The notes under the pieces were generated by a model. It ran no database searches and had not been told where the DNA came from. It saw nothing but the letters and a program-made list of their open reading frames with translations. This document shows, piece after piece, positions 12,542-27,794 of a DNA stretch of 64,000 nt. The position numbers and the translations under genes were made by a program. Source of the stretch: Octopus vulgaris. Taxonomy: Eukaryota. Position 1 is the stretch's first letter, and each line of letters begins with the position of its first letter. The stretch spans positions 35,588,001 through 35,652,000 of the forward strand of contig OX597829.1 of the NCBI GenBank assembly GCA_951406725.2, given 5' to 3'.

Positions 12542-13551
12542 CTTGTATGTTTGCTATGTGTTTGCGCGTCAGCTCTTTGTTTGTTGCTTTATTTTTAAGC
12601 CAATTACAAATAAGAAGAATGTGGGCAGCATTTGCATGTTTACACAAATTGACTTTGTGGTTTTTACCAAGTTGTACATCTCTTAAGCAGGTCTTAGAAC
12701 TCTGCCGCCACTTGGCCATCAAGTTCATTAACAAGAAGCACTTACACTTCTTTTTCTATTTTCGTGTCGACTCGAGTCGAGTGGATAGCAAGCTGTCTGC
12801 TGTCGTCGCCCTGCACATTCAAAATGTTGGCATTGAGAAGAAAGCAAACGTATTAAGACGATATGAATATTAAAGCAGGAATTGGATAGAAACTGACTTG
12901 GAGTACAATTCCAATATTTGACCGCGACACGAGCAAAATTGTTCTTTTGAACCCCGGCAAACAAATCGCACCTGTTCTCGAGAAGGTTGTGCGTTTGCTA
13001 AAATAATGGCGTCGTTTGTTCAAGTAATTTAAGATTGTCCTTATAATGCTCAGGGACAGTAGAAGGATTTCCGTCGGAGATAACACCGTTGCGCGCTATA
13101 GATTGCTCGGATGATGCTGAGCAAACAAATCGACCGGCCTTTTTTTTTTATATTTTATTTTATTTTGCTATTTACTTATTCACAGATCTGTTAGGCTTTG
13201 CTGATTACATCCAGGGGCTTAGGTTGATGTAAGATACTTGTCAGCAACTGATCCCATCTGTCTGACAATAAACCCAGAAACGTATTGTGTTCACCCAACT
13301 CGACATATGCGCTAGCATGTTCAAGGGGGAAAGTACAATAAATAAATGGTGGAACGAAGAAAATAGCTACTCAAATGTCGACTTCAAATGTGTACACAGA
13401 GAACTATGCACATACACATATCAATGCGCGTGAATGTATTGTCTGTCATTGTGTGTGTGTGTGTGTGTGTGTATATGTATATATATAATTGTACGCTATT
13501 ATATGCATGTGTATTTATTTTTGTGTGCACATATGCATATGAATATAGGTA

Positions 13552-13597
<46 letters not shown>

Positions 13598-13670
13598 GTA
13601 AATTAACTTAAGTGAACACACACATACACGCACACACACACACATACACACACACATACACACACACACT

Positions 13671-13707
<37 letters not shown>

Positions 13708-13924
13708 GATTGTATTTCTTGGCATATAAATGTTAATATGTACGTCCATTAAATCTATCTATCGATACAAATGCATGTATTTATAACTTGCTGCATATTA
13801 ATCTCAAGATATAATGGTTTATAATTAGATATTTCGTAATTCCAAGGCTAATATATTGGTATGTATACAGGCTAATGTGTGTGTGTGTATGCGTGTGCAC
13901 GCGCATATGCGTATGTATGTATAC

Positions 13925-13956
<32 letters not shown>

Positions 13957-13984
13957 ATATGCATATGTGTATGTATTTATATAC

Positions 13985-14049
<65 letters not shown>

Positions 14050-14869
14050 CTACTGCAGAATATAAATATTAATATATTCATGTGGAGTACATTTGTCGGG
14101 AGGGAAAGAAGGATCAACCAGATTAGATCGAATTCTTTGTTGGTATTCAAAGTATATTTGAGCTAGAAAACCAAGATGGGACATTACTTGTAAACCTACT
14201 ATAACTAAGTGCTTAAGTAAAGTGGATTGATCGATTTGCATATTACAAAAAAAAAGCATATTTGGCATCATGTTCGATTAAAAATGAATTAGTACATTAA
14301 CAATATTTCGGTCAAACGTTATATAATATATATCAATATATATATATATCAATAGATATACTCAGTAACTAATGAAATCTCAACACAGGACTGAAGTTAG
14401 TCCGGTTAATGCTCCCGCCCCAGAAAACAAAGATACTGAATATGGTGCGAGTTTATATTTATCTATACATCTTAGAATGATCGCTAAAATTCACAGATAT
14501 ACTTTTAAAACATGTCTAATTTTTAAAAACAAGGACACCGGGCAGTAAGAAAATAAGGAAAAACGTGAAGAATGTTGGTGCAAAAGTGGAACGAGAAGAA
14601 AGAAACGAAATCAAGAATTATAAGTTCTCTCTGATTGCAGAAAGCTCATTAAATACAACAGGTTTAGAAAAAAATTACAGAAAATATGTCTAAGTCTGTG
14701 AGAAAGCAATTCAGTCCCGAGCGGGTGGTGTAAATATGTAAACTTCTGCAGTTCTACTAACATACAGACTGAACTAGGTAAAGTTTCCCGAGAGGACCAA
14801 TGTATCGGTCTTATCAGTCTTTGCAACACTTGATTATTTCTCAATCTTACCTTGCAGCACTCGACAGCG

Positions 14870-15345
14870 AACTAATTCAGTGGGAGATCACCTTTCGATG
14901 AGTCATGTAACACTAGGTCGTCTGCAAGTATCAGCCGACCGATCCTACACTCTACGATTCTGATACTGCTTTTACAACGGTGGCGCATGTCAATCCAGTT
15001 CGTAAAAATTATGAAATGAAGAGTTGAAAATACGCATCCCTGCCAAAGTCCAACACTCACGTTTAAAGATTTTGAGTTCGCACCAGTTACTTGAACACAG
15101 ACATTTAGGTATTCATATAGGGACTCACGACAATCAAAGTTTGCCCATTAAACTCAACCTTCTGTAAAACCCTCCACAACATGCCCCACGGTACGCAGTC
15201 ATTTGCCATTTCGAGGCCGACAAAGCAAGCATACACCTCTTGGCAATAATTCTTCGACTTCTCAAAAATCTGTCATAAAATGAATATTTGGTCTGTTGAG
15301 CTGCGTCAGAGTGGAAGTCACACTGTTCTTCAGCTAACTTGAGCT
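14870..15345 (-). mobile_element. Decayed RTE-like LINE RT fragment
   Basis: VGLWQGCVFSTLHFIIF..IGRLILADDLVL (GLRQG / ADD motifs). Confidence 0.75.
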
Positions 15346-15443
15346 AACCTTCTTTTTCCAGACACTGTATTTCGAAGACATAGCTTATCTCCGTGTGTGC
15401 ATGTATGCGTTTGTATGTATATATATGAGTGTGTATGTATATA

Positions 15444-15486
<43 letters not shown>

Positions 15487-17104
15487 GCATAAACACACGA
15501 AACACATTCATTCTTTTTTTAACAGGCAATCTAATCCAATGTGATTGGCTGTTTCTCTACCGCCGCGGTATAATCTGCTATAAATGGGCCAAAAGGGGTC
15601 GATAAATTAAGCACCAGTTACGTACTGGGGTCGATCTAATCGACTGGCCCCCTCCCCCAAAATTTCAGGCCTTGTGCCTAGAGTAGAAAAGAATAGTGGT
15701 ATCGGGAGTGGTAGTGTGGTGGTTTTAGTAGGTACATATGCCACACATATGTATGTGCTGTGTGTGAGAAAGAGACTATGTGTGTGAGTGTGTATCTCTG
15801 TGTGTGTTCAGATATGCATGCATGTATACATACATGCATACACTCACATGTGCATTGATGTGCGCCCGCGCGCACACACGTTCATTGATATACACTGGTG
15901 TGTTTATAGTGGTACTGACTATTTGTGCTGGTGGTGCATGTGTGTGTGTGTGTGTGTGTGTGTGTGGTAATGAAGAAGGTGGTTAGTGGTAAGGTAGTGG
16001 TGGTGACATTCTTCATCACTGAGTATTGTTAACAACTTTGCTGATCATAATGATGTATGCGACATTGGTGTAATTGCTGGTGATGTTATTACAGAACTAA
16101 TAACTGCATTGGCTCAGTGAAGACGCAAATGTTGATTATGGTGGTACTTCTCAGAGGCGTCGATGAGATGATTCTATTTCTTATAATAGCGATGTTGCTG
16201 CTGCTGCTGGTGGTGGTGGTGGTGGTGGTGTCGATACTGGTTGCAGCGGAAGGTGATGTGGCGACGGTGGTGGTGAAAAATATGGCGGTGACAATGGTGT
16301 TGTTTGCAGTGTTGTTGTTGTTGTTATTGTTGTAGTTGGAGTGATGTGGTGTTAGAGCGCTGGTGTTACTCGCAATAAAGGTAGTAAAGGAGGAAGTAGT
16401 GTAGTCTGTGGAAGTGGAAATACCAGTAGTAGTTTTTCAGATTGCTCTGTGTTAATGGTTGTAGCAATGATTGTGGTGGTTGAGGTGGTTTTGATGGTAG
16501 TGGTAGTAGTTGTGGAGGTAAGGATGAAAATGAGACAAAGGATGAGGCGGTGCAAGTGGCAATATAGTGTTACTCGGGATTTTAGTAGTAGTAGTAGTAG
16601 TAGTAGTAGTAGCAGCAGCAGTAATAATAGTAGTAGTTTTAGTAATTGTAGTTGTAATAAGAGTTGTAGAAGTAATAGTTGTTGTAGTAGTGGTGGTGTC
16701 ATTGTTGGTGATGGAAAATCTAGGTAGCTGAACTAGTAGTATTGGTGTAGTTTTTAGTTACAGTGGTGTGGGATTTAGTAACGACTGCAGAAATAGAAGA
16801 ACAATAATGTTAATGGTGATAAAGGTGGTGATAATATACATTTGTAATTGATGTGGAAAATGGCGAATGCTGTGGTACTTAAAAGGGTGTCACGACCGAG
16901 GGGAGTGACAAGAATGACACTTGTTTGAAGGAAGAACTTGGAGATAATGTGATGGTTTACAAAGTCTGTTTCCACAGCCACCATCTTCGCCAGATTTGGC
17001 AATCACTTTCTTTTTACCGACTTCTTCCATCATAATACCCACCACCACCACCACCACCAATTCCATCACTATCTCTGTAGCTACCGACAACAGCAAGAAA
17101 AACA

Positions 17105-17460
17105 ACAATTGTTTCTCATTTAGAAAAAGTGTTTCTAATTTTGGCTTCAAGAAGTGAGGAGTCAGTCGATAGCTTCAACCCCTGTACTTGACTGGTACGA
17201 TATTTTATCAAACCCGGAGGGATGAAAGCCATATAATAATAATAATAATCCTCCTCCACTAGGCCTGAAATTTCAAGGCGGGCTGGGTGGGAGTAGTCGA
17301 TTACATTGCTTACAGTGCTTGACTAATACTTATTTTATCGACTTTGAGAGTATGAGAGGCAAAGTCAACCTCGGCGGCTTTTGAGCACAGAAAAAGAGTC
17401 GGAAGAAATGTCGCTGAGCATTTTGTCTGATGCGCCAACGATTCTGCCATCTCGCTGTCC
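17105..17460 (-). mobile_element. Two degraded SINE family C fragments
   Basis: GGCAAAGTCAACCTCGGC..CAACGATTCTGCCA and GTCGAT..TGACTGGTAC..GGATGAAAG. Confidence 0.7.
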
Positions 17461-17726
17461 TATTTTGACTGACAATATAGTAACGAGTAAAGCATGTTTT
17501 TTTAATTTTTTTATTCCTGATCGGTGGAATTTACTCGCTCACTCTGCATGTCTCTTTCTGTCTATGTGTCTCTCTTTATGCTTCTGTGAATGTCAGTAAA
17601 ACTGTCAGTTTCTCTTTGTCTCTTCTTCTTTCCTCCCTCTCTCTCTCACTGACTGATTCAGTCGTTTTACTCTCTTCTATTTCACTTCTTTTTCTCTTTC
17701 CTTATTCTTCCTTCTCTCTTTCCCCA

Positions 17727-17775
<49 letters not shown>

Positions 17776-17776
17776 T

Positions 17777-17809
<33 letters not shown>

Positions 17810-17864
17810 TTCTTTCTCTCTTTCTCGCTCTCTCTCTCTCTCTTTCTCTCTCTATCTCTCTTTC

Positions 17865-17909
<45 letters not shown>

Positions 17910-17929
17910 ATCTCTTTCTCTCTCTTTCC

Positions 17930-17989
<60 letters not shown>

Positions 17990-18005
17990 CTCTCTTTCTC
18001 TCTCC

Positions 18006-18078
<73 letters not shown>

Positions 18079-18594
18079 TCTCTTTCATGTGTTTCTTTCT
18101 CTTGCCGATATTTGTCCATTTTCTAAAACGCCTTGGCGTTGCTCGATGCTCGATGCTTTCGCTTAAAAAAAAAATATTTTCCTATTAATTAAAGACATTG
18201 GTAGTGTGGAGTGGAGCGATAACCGACCGCTTGGGAAGTGTTTCACGGTTGGCATGGTGGCGATTACTAGAACGCAAACACGGTCTGCTAATTCGTAGAA
18301 GTTAGGCGGCGCCAGATCGATAAAGCAATTGTTATAATTCACTTAGCCGATATTGAAATCTATTGCACAAACATTTGTTGGTGTGTCATGTGAAAAAGTC
18401 CCGAAGTCTTAACGGCATTCCTCTTTATTTCTCTTGTAAATTACATGGATCTTCTGGTGAGGAGGAAATAAGGAAAGGGGAAGGAAGGAGCCAGAAGATG
18501 AAGGGAAAAGCAGAATAGAGAAACAGAAAACTAAACAAGAGAAAGAGAAATGAAGACAGAGTGTGAATGCAGGGAAGTAAAGGGACAGATAGAT

Positions 18595-18677
<83 letters not shown>

Positions 18678-18901
18678 AGGAGTGAGAGAGGTAGGGGAGA
18701 AAGAGAGAAAAGGAGTGAGAGGTAGAGGAGAGAAAGAGAGAAAAGGAGTGAGAGAGGTAGGGGAGAGAAAGAAGAAAAGAAAGAGAAGGAATGGAGATGA
18801 GTTAGTGGGACATAAACAGAGTATCTGTGAGCAAAAGGAGAACGGCAGAGAGAGAGGGAAATTAAAAAGAAAAGCGGGAAGACAGAAATAGAAAGAGAAA
18901 G

Positions 18902-18943
<42 letters not shown>

Positions 18944-19267
18944 TGAAAGAGAGAAATAGGGAGGGAGAGAGAAAGATAAGGGGAAATACTGGAAAATAAT
19001 AATGGTGAGCAAAAATGGCAGGGAGAGAAAGAGAAAGAGAATGAGAAAGTATAAGTGTATAAACGGAGAGAGTGTATATATATAAAGGAAAGCTATTAGT
19101 GTGTAAGAAAAAAAAGGGGAGAAATAAAAAGGGGGTGGTTAGAATTAAATACTAGAATGAAAGACTGACAGAAAGAGATACAGAGAGAAATAGAACAAGA
19201 GTGAAACAGCGAGTGATGAGAAGAGAATTGTCAGTAGTAGTAGCAGCAGTAGTAGTAGTACTGTAAG

Positions 19268-19365
<98 letters not shown>

Positions 19366-19602
19366 CATTATTATTATTATTATTATTATTAGTAGTAGTA
19401 GTAGTAGTAGTAGCAGTAGTAGTAGTAACAATAGTAGTAGTTGTAGTGGCAGTAGCAACAGGAGCAATCTTAATAGTAGTAGTAATATTGATCTTATTAA
19501 TATTGGTTTGGTGTGGTAATACCACCAGGAATACCAATAGAATTAATGATGTTAGTGGTGGTGGTAGTAGTAGTAGTAGTAGCAGCAGTAGTAGTAGTAG
19601 TG

Positions 19603-19644
<42 letters not shown>

Positions 19645-19862
19645 TTGGTATTTGATATGAGTGGTATTAGTCAACGTGTTAGAAATAGCTGCTAAATCTC
19701 CCTCAATTTGCGCCCTACTGTCTTAAAAGAAGCAAAGAAATTCATAAAATCTATTCTGCATCAGAAACGAAGATGGTATGTTCCATCAAGGCTGGCAGGT
19801 TTTAGATAACCTTTTCCTCTATCGAAGCTGCTTTATATCTAAACATCATCATAATCATCCTC

Positions 19863-20012
<150 letters not shown>

Positions 20013-20043
20013 CACCACCACCACCACCACCACCACAACAACA

Positions 20044-20087
<44 letters not shown>

Positions 20088-20972
20088 AAAACCTTCAACA
20101 ACAGCAAGTTCTGTAATATTTTGGGGTTGAATGTTACTACTGTTTTTGTTGTTGGTGGTGATTACGCTGAGATAATAAAAGCTGTGAAAGCGATTGTATA
20201 GGAATGATAATGGTGATGCTGATGTTACTATAAATGATGATGATAATGCTGATTATGATGATGACAATAAAAGTCATGGTAGTGGTGGCAGTGATAATTA
20301 CCATGATAGAAACGGTATTGTCGCTTATAGTTATGGATGCAAATTTATCGTGGACAGGCTGTATTTGTTATGGCAGGATTGATAATCCTGACTAATGGGT
20401 GGTGGTAGTAATGATTTTTAATAAAGTTTTGGATGATGATGGTGATGACGACGACGATGACGACGAAGACGACGACGACGACGACGATGTTGATGATGAT
20501 GATGAGAAGGAAGAAGTGAGTTTGGGAGAGGAGAATATGATGACGGTGATAAGTTTTCAAAGACTATGCTTCCCTGAAGTGTTCTAGCAATATCGAAATA
20601 TATTCAGAGTTGTTTCCCGTTGACACATTTAGCCACTGATTTATATTATTTTTCTTCACAGCCCATAGCTTTTTTATTTTATTTAAAAAAATTTTTTGTA
20701 TGTAACATCGAATTTATTGTTGTTATTGATGGTGGTGTTACAGTTGTTGTAGTACTCGATTTGTAGATATCAATATTAGCTGCTGGAGAATGGCATTTTA
20801 AGTGGTGTTGTTGTTCACGGTTTCAATGTAGCAATGTTAATGAAATAGTGATTATAATATAGTGTTAGTCATGGTGGTGATGAATGTTCAGTAGAAGTAG
20901 TTTTGGTAATACTAGTAGTAGTAGTAGCAGTAGTAGTAGTACTGGCAGCAGCAGCAGTAGCAGTAGTAGTAT

Positions 20973-21014
<42 letters not shown>

Positions 21015-21319
21015 TAGTAGTAATAGTAGTAATGAACGTGAAGATGACGACGATGATGATATGGCGTAGGTGTTGTTGATGATGACGATGACGACGACGA
21101 TGACGACAACGACGACGACGACGGCGACGATGAGGATGATAATGATGATGATGACGATTATCTCCGCAGTTAAGACAATGGTAGTAATGACAATAATGGT
21201 ATTGTGACTTCGCCCCAAAGCGTTCCATCAGTGACCAATCCTTTAAATGTATGATGTACGTACGCTGTCTATTTAAGACAGGATGGCATTTGATGGGGGA
21301 TTTGTGTGTCGTTGCTGAC

Positions 21320-21404
<85 letters not shown>

Positions 21405-21516
21405 GCAATGATGTAATGATGATGATGAGAAGGAGGACGTGGTGATGGTGGAAAAATGTAAATGAAGTGACATGGAAATATCCAGACAACAACAAGAACA
21501 AAAACAAAAATACCAA

Positions 21517-21589
21517 TAAATTCGTGTGACTGTGAGTAAATTCGTGTGACTGTGAGTAAATTCGTGTGACTGGGAGTAAATTCGTGTGA
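21517..21589. repeat. 20-bp minisatellite, ~3.6 copies
   Basis: TAAATTCGTGTGACTGTGAG in head-to-tail copies. Confidence 0.9.
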
Positions 21590-22006
21590 AGAAGGAGTGT
21601 GCTTGTGTGTCTGTATGTGAATAAAGTACATTTATATATGAGCATGTATACGAGATGAGATGTGTATATATGTATAGAAGAAACGTTAAGCTCTTTGCGT
21701 TGACCTGAAAGAATTTGAGTTGTAAGTATATCTCCTCTTTAGTTTTGTGTAAGTCACGTGTTCATCGACGTATGTTATTTACGCATGTGAGAATGGTGTG
21801 TGCACGCTTCTTTATATGTATGTGTGTGTATATTTGTGTGTGTTAGTGTGTGTGTGCGTGCGCATGTACACACGTAAACGTATACACATATACACGCACG
21901 AATATATATGCTTTGCATAAGTGTGCATATATATATGATATATATACATATATAAACACACACACACACACACATATATACATACTTATATATATTTATA
22001 TGTATA

Positions 22007-22109
<103 letters not shown>

Positions 22110-22132
22110 TATATATATATATATATACATAC

Positions 22133-22180
<48 letters not shown>

Positions 22181-22774
22181 TAATGCTATGCCTGTATGAT
22201 ATACATGCTTACATGCATACATAGATTTACATACATAAATATTTGCGTTTGTGTGCGCGTGTGACGTACGGTCGAATAGGCAAAAATGTGTGCTTGCCTA
22301 TATTCATATGGTTGTTAGTCTTTAAGTGTTTCAGTGTGTGTGTGTGAGTGTGAGTGTGTGAGTGTGAGTGTGTGTATGCGCGTGCGTGTAGAAAAGTGGT
22401 AGAGAGGTGTTGGTGTGTATAGATGTTAGTGTGTAAGGTGTCAGGTAAGAGATGTAAGGTGTGAGGTGTGAGCACAGTATGCTGAATATGAAAAGCAAAA
22501 ACACAAAAAACACACAAATTGCTGTTAATCGCAATCGTTTCGTATTTTGCATTATTCCTTCTACTTTCACTATCGGCCGACACCCTGCACCACCACCACC
22601 ACCACCACCACCATCATTACCATCACCCTCACACTCTTTTCACTATCACATCGTCTTCATCATACCCCCCCCCCACCTCACATCTCCACCGCCAGCCAGC
22701 CATTGCCAGTTTACCCACCATCATCACTACCATCGTCCCAGCACCCGTAACCATCTACATCACCACCGACACCA

Positions 22775-22806
<32 letters not shown>

Positions 22807-23134
22807 ACCGCCGCCGCCGCCACCACCACCACCACCACCACCATCACCACTGATACCACCGCCGCCACCACCATCACCCATTATAGTCATCGCCACCTAT
22901 AGCATCACCGTCATCATCACTACCGCCAACATATCTCAGCAGAACAAACACTAATGTATTTCTACCACTTCAACGAAGAGTAAGAAATCCGCTACCCACC
23001 CACCCACCCACAAACCCTTACCACCATTGTTTCTCACTGCCACTACAACTACTTCTACAATCACCATCACTACTGTCACTATTGCCATAACCACCACTTC
23101 AATCACTACTACTACTACCACCACCACCACCACG

Positions 23135-23190
<56 letters not shown>

Positions 23191-23293
23191 CACCACCACC
23201 ACCACGACCATCACGACCACCACGACAACAACAACTACTACTACTACTACCAGTACCAGCACCAGCACCAGTACTAGCAGCACCAGCACCACC

Positions 23294-23325
<32 letters not shown>

Positions 23326-23685
23326 CACCACCACCACTACTACAAACACCACAAACATCTCTTCACCCAACAACACAAACATCCTTTCAACCATCACTAC
23401 TAACACCTTCAACCAACACCACTAAAATCACCACCAACACCACTGGCACTTTCTCTAACACTAAGAGAAAACCGCCTTCAACAGCCCGACCATCTCTGCT
23501 AACACTAACACCAGTAACAGCACTAACATCCCATATCCCACACCAATAACACCCACACACACACACACACACACCCGACCCGACCCAATACCACCAACAT
23601 CTCACCATCACCATACCACATTTCCACAATCGTTGATAACACTAACACCACCATTGTTACATCACAAATCCACCACCACCGCCAA

Positions 23686-23723
<38 letters not shown>

Positions 23724-24107
23724 ACAACAACAACACCATCACCAATGCCACTAACAACCTTCACCATCGTCAGCACCTATGCGTCACCACCACCACTTTT
23801 GAACACCACTATCTTCGCTATCACCAACACCACTAGCATATCTCACAGCACGATTAACACCAATTCCAAAACCGCTTCCAACATCAGCAACAATAGCTCA
23901 GTGACAGCAACATGACGGCCACCAACCACGACCCAACTGTCGCCACTGTCTCTTCCACCACCACCACCACCACCACCACCACCGCCGCCGCCGCCGCCAA
24001 CAACAACAACAACAACAACACTAACAACAATAAGAACAGCAGCAGTACAGTTGCAACAACATCGATGACAGCAGCAGCAGCAACAACAAGACGAGGCTAA
24101 AGATGAT

Positions 24108-24141
<34 letters not shown>

Positions 24142-25596
24142 GCGACAACTAATCTAAGGAATTGAATGGTAAAATTAAAGCATGTCACTGCCGAAGAGTG
24201 GAATAGTAATGGTGACAATATAACGAGAAGTGGCGTCGAGGAATTATTGTTCACTCAGGTATACCGATGTTGATGTAATTATTCTTGTTGTTGTTGTTGT
24301 TGTTGTTGTTGTTATTGGTGGTTGTGGTATTAGAACTTCTAAACTCGGTGATATTTCTCATGTTGCTGCTATTGAAGTACCACAGTGCAAGACTGTTGTA
24401 GTTATTATCGATGAAATTGATGTTGGTAGGGTCGATTATTTTGTTGTTTAGGTCCCAGTAGACCTGTCATAGAAGGTGTTAAGGCCATGACTACTTCATC
24501 TTTATGGAAGTATATATCTAAGACTACGTTTATTCGAAGTAGCCTTTCCTTCTTTAAGATTAATTTGTGAGTGATTTGGCTGTTATTTCTAATAAGCCAA
24601 GATACCACGTAGATTTCCTCTCCTGAATGGTTGGCGATTTAGTTGCGTTCGTGACTGTTTTCGTGTTAATTTTAATGTTGGTGGTGTCAGTGGTTCTCTT
24701 ACTGACGTTGCTAGAAATGTTAGAATTAGTAGTGGTTATATTAATATTTAAGCTAACACTGCTTTGTGTTGGCAATGTTATAATAGTAATATTGCTTACT
24801 CTCAGGTCAGTAAAATCCAGCAGACCTGATGAACAATGTTCTGTTATAAGGTTGTGATGTTGCTTTCCGGCGTAGTGGATCTAGAACTACATAATTTTTT
24901 AAAAATTCTTTGTTTTAGAGGTTGAGTGAAATTTAAGAGTTATCTTGATGCTATTTCTCTTATTTGTAATGATAATAATGATTTCTAATCTAAGTAAATG
25001 CCAGCAATTTTGAAGATAGGCATTTGTCAATTACATCGATCTTGTATATCGGTAGCGTATTTTATCGGTCCCAGATGAATCAAAAATAAAATACCTCAAC
25101 AGAATTTGAACTCAATGCAAAAAGCTAACAAAAAATTAGAAAAGACATTTTAATGCGATGCTCAAAGGATTCTATTACTCCACTGACAATAACAACAAGA
25201 ACTGAACGACAGCATCAACAACACCAATAAAAGACTGGTGGCTTCTGATTTAAGCACAAGGCAAACAATTTGGAGAATTGGAGTTAAATCTATGTCATTG
25301 ATTCCAGTGGTATTTCTGTTTCACTGATCCCGAAATTTGAATTCAGAAAGAAAATTGCCGTGAGATACATTTGCACCTTCTTTATCTTTTATATGCTTCA
25401 GCCATTGGACTGTGGCCGCGCTGGGGCACGGCCTTGTGGGATTTTAGTCGCACAAATTGCCCCTAAGTACTTATGTTACTCTTTTAAGTCTGGTAGCTAA
25501 TCTATCAATCGCTTAGGCTGGAATGCTAAGTTACAGGTTCGTAAACGAGCCAGCACGGTTGTCAAGCGGTAGGAAGACAAACATAAGGACGCTCAA

Positions 25597-25630
<34 letters not shown>

Positions 25631-25778
25631 GCGTACATACATGCATTCATACATACATACATACAAACATGCGTACATACATTCATACACACATACAAAC
25701 ATATACACATATTGTTATACTTAGGGATGGTCATTTTTGCCAACATTTTGCCAATCATCATCATCATCATCATCATCA

Positions 25779-25845
<67 letters not shown>

Positions 25846-25847
<2 letters not shown>

Positions 25848-27046
25848 GTTTGACTTTTGCTTTATATTTGTACAAGTTGGCTCCAAGTCTCACCCGGAGA
25901 CCTCAAGAGACAACAGGCTGGAAAGTTCACGTTGTTGTTATGTCTAGCGTGCCATATATTTGGTTGTTTTTTGTGTTGTACTGGTGGATGTCTAAAAAAA
26001 AATGTTTGTTTTAAACCTTGAGATTACATAGAAAGTATTTTGCGTAGGATATGAGCAGTTCCCATGAGCACTATCTTTTAAATTTCTGCAATTTTTGGGT
26101 TTCCTGGTATCTGAGTTAGGTAGCTATCAGCCCCTTTTGCTATCATTCCCAAGGCACCTATGTCAACAGGTATTGTTTTAGTCTTCAGGTTCCACATTTT
26201 GCTGATTTCTATTTCAAGATCTTTATATTTGCTCAGTTTTTGGTAGGTCTTGACAGATACATTTATATCGATTGAGACAGTCATATCAATGAGGAGGCAT
26301 GTTCTTTGTTTGAAGTCTTTCAATATGATGTTTGGCCTATTTGCATCTGTCAGTTTGAATGGTGAAGTTCCAGAGGAGTGAGATGTGGTCTTTTTCAAGC
26401 ACTGGGGGTGATTTGTGTTCCCACCAGTTTTGTTCATGGGGCAAATCCAGGTTTTTGCAGATTACCCAGTGAATATATTGTGCAGCTCTATCGTGCCTGT
26501 TTAGATACTCTGTAGGCGCTAGAAGACTGCACTTGGAGACCACATGATCAATGGTTTCATTTTGTTGCTGGCATACACGACACGTTGGACTGCTGCTGAT
26601 CTTTAATATGTTGGCCTGGTAGTTTCTTGTTGGTAGGCATTGATCTTGAGCTGCTATGATAAACCCCTCTGTTTCAGATTTTAAGCCAGAGGCCATTAGC
26701 CATTGATGGGTCAGGGCTTTGTCAACATCTGCATTATTCGCTCTCTTTGGGTATTTGCCATAGAGAGGTTTTTCTTACCATTTATCATTCAGAATATCTA
26801 AGGCCGCAGATTTAGCACGGGTTTTCATGCGCTTAGCTTTTTCTGTGCCTGTTTCTTGTATGTCTATCTCTAATTCCGAAATTTGTTGTATTCAGAATTC
26901 ACTTAGATATTCCTTTGCCTGTTTTGTTACTGAGTATGATGCTTTCTTGTTTTCATGTTTTGAGACAAGTTTTAACATCCAGTTCTCACAGTTTTTCAGG
27001 TAGGTGACAAGTTTTAACATCCAGTCCTCAAAGTTTTACAGGTAGG

Positions 27047-27047
<1 letters not shown>
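25846..27047 (-). mobile_element. 5'-truncated R4/Dong-like non-LTR retrotransposon (CCHC finger and restriction-like endonuclease) in (TAA)n
   Basis: ETEGFIIAAQDQ..CRVCQQQNETIDHVVSKC..RHD, then RPNIILKD..LLIDMTV..KLSKYKDL..IPVDIGALG. Flanked on both sides by (ATT)n. Confidence 0.9.
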
Positions 27048-27126
<79 letters not shown>

Positions 27127-27146
27127 CATTATTATTATTATTATTA

Positions 27147-27612
27147 AGTCAGCGAGCTGGCAGAATCGTTAGCATGCTGGACGGAATGCTTAGCGGTTTT
27201 TCGCCCGTCGCTACGTTCTGAGTTCAAGTTCTGCCGAGGTCAACTTTGCCTTCCATCCTTTCGGGATTGATAAATTAAGTACCAGTGAAACACTGGGGTT
27301 GATATAGTCGACCTAAACTTTTCCCCAAAATTTGAGGCTTGTGCTTCTAGGAGAAAGGATTCTAATTATAATTATTGTCGTCGTTGTTGTTATTGTTGAA
27401 GGCGGTGAGTTGAAGAATCGTTGGCACGCTGGACGAAATACTTAGCGGTATTTTCCTGTCGCTCCGTTCTGAGTTTAAATTCTGCCGAAGTCGACTTTGC
27501 CTTTCGTCCATTCAGGGTCGATAAAATAAATACCAGTTGAAGACTGGGGTCAATGTATTCGACTCATTCTCTCCCCCCCAAATTACTACCCTTGTAGTAA
27601 AATGTGAAACCA
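27147..27612 (+). mobile_element. Two tandem SINE family C copies (27147-27365; 27398-27612)
   Basis: Each has GGCG(A/GT)GAGCTG..GAATCGTT..GTTCTGAGTT(C/T)AA..GACTTTGCCTT..GATAAA..TACCAG. Confidence 0.85.
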
Positions 27613-27794
27613 TTATTATTATTATTATTATTGTTCATCTATCGGCATGTGTTGCACATCGTTCCGTACGTTTTGTTGCTATTCATATTGTTACACATTG
27701 TTATACATTGTACATTTGTTATTTTTACGTAGTTAAACAAAATAGAACCTTGGGGAGCTGGTTAGTTAATCCCCATCTGTAGCCCTTAGGGACT

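Noticed and set aside
21517-21589. Short repeats resembling a CRISPR array
   Set aside because: Units are head-to-tail with no spacers, the context is eukaryotic and there are no cas genes.
24826-24860. CTGATGA (also at 54286 and on the minus strand at 1267 and ~39825)
   Set aside because: No downstream stem II-GAAA-NUH arrangement; some lie within RT coding remnants.
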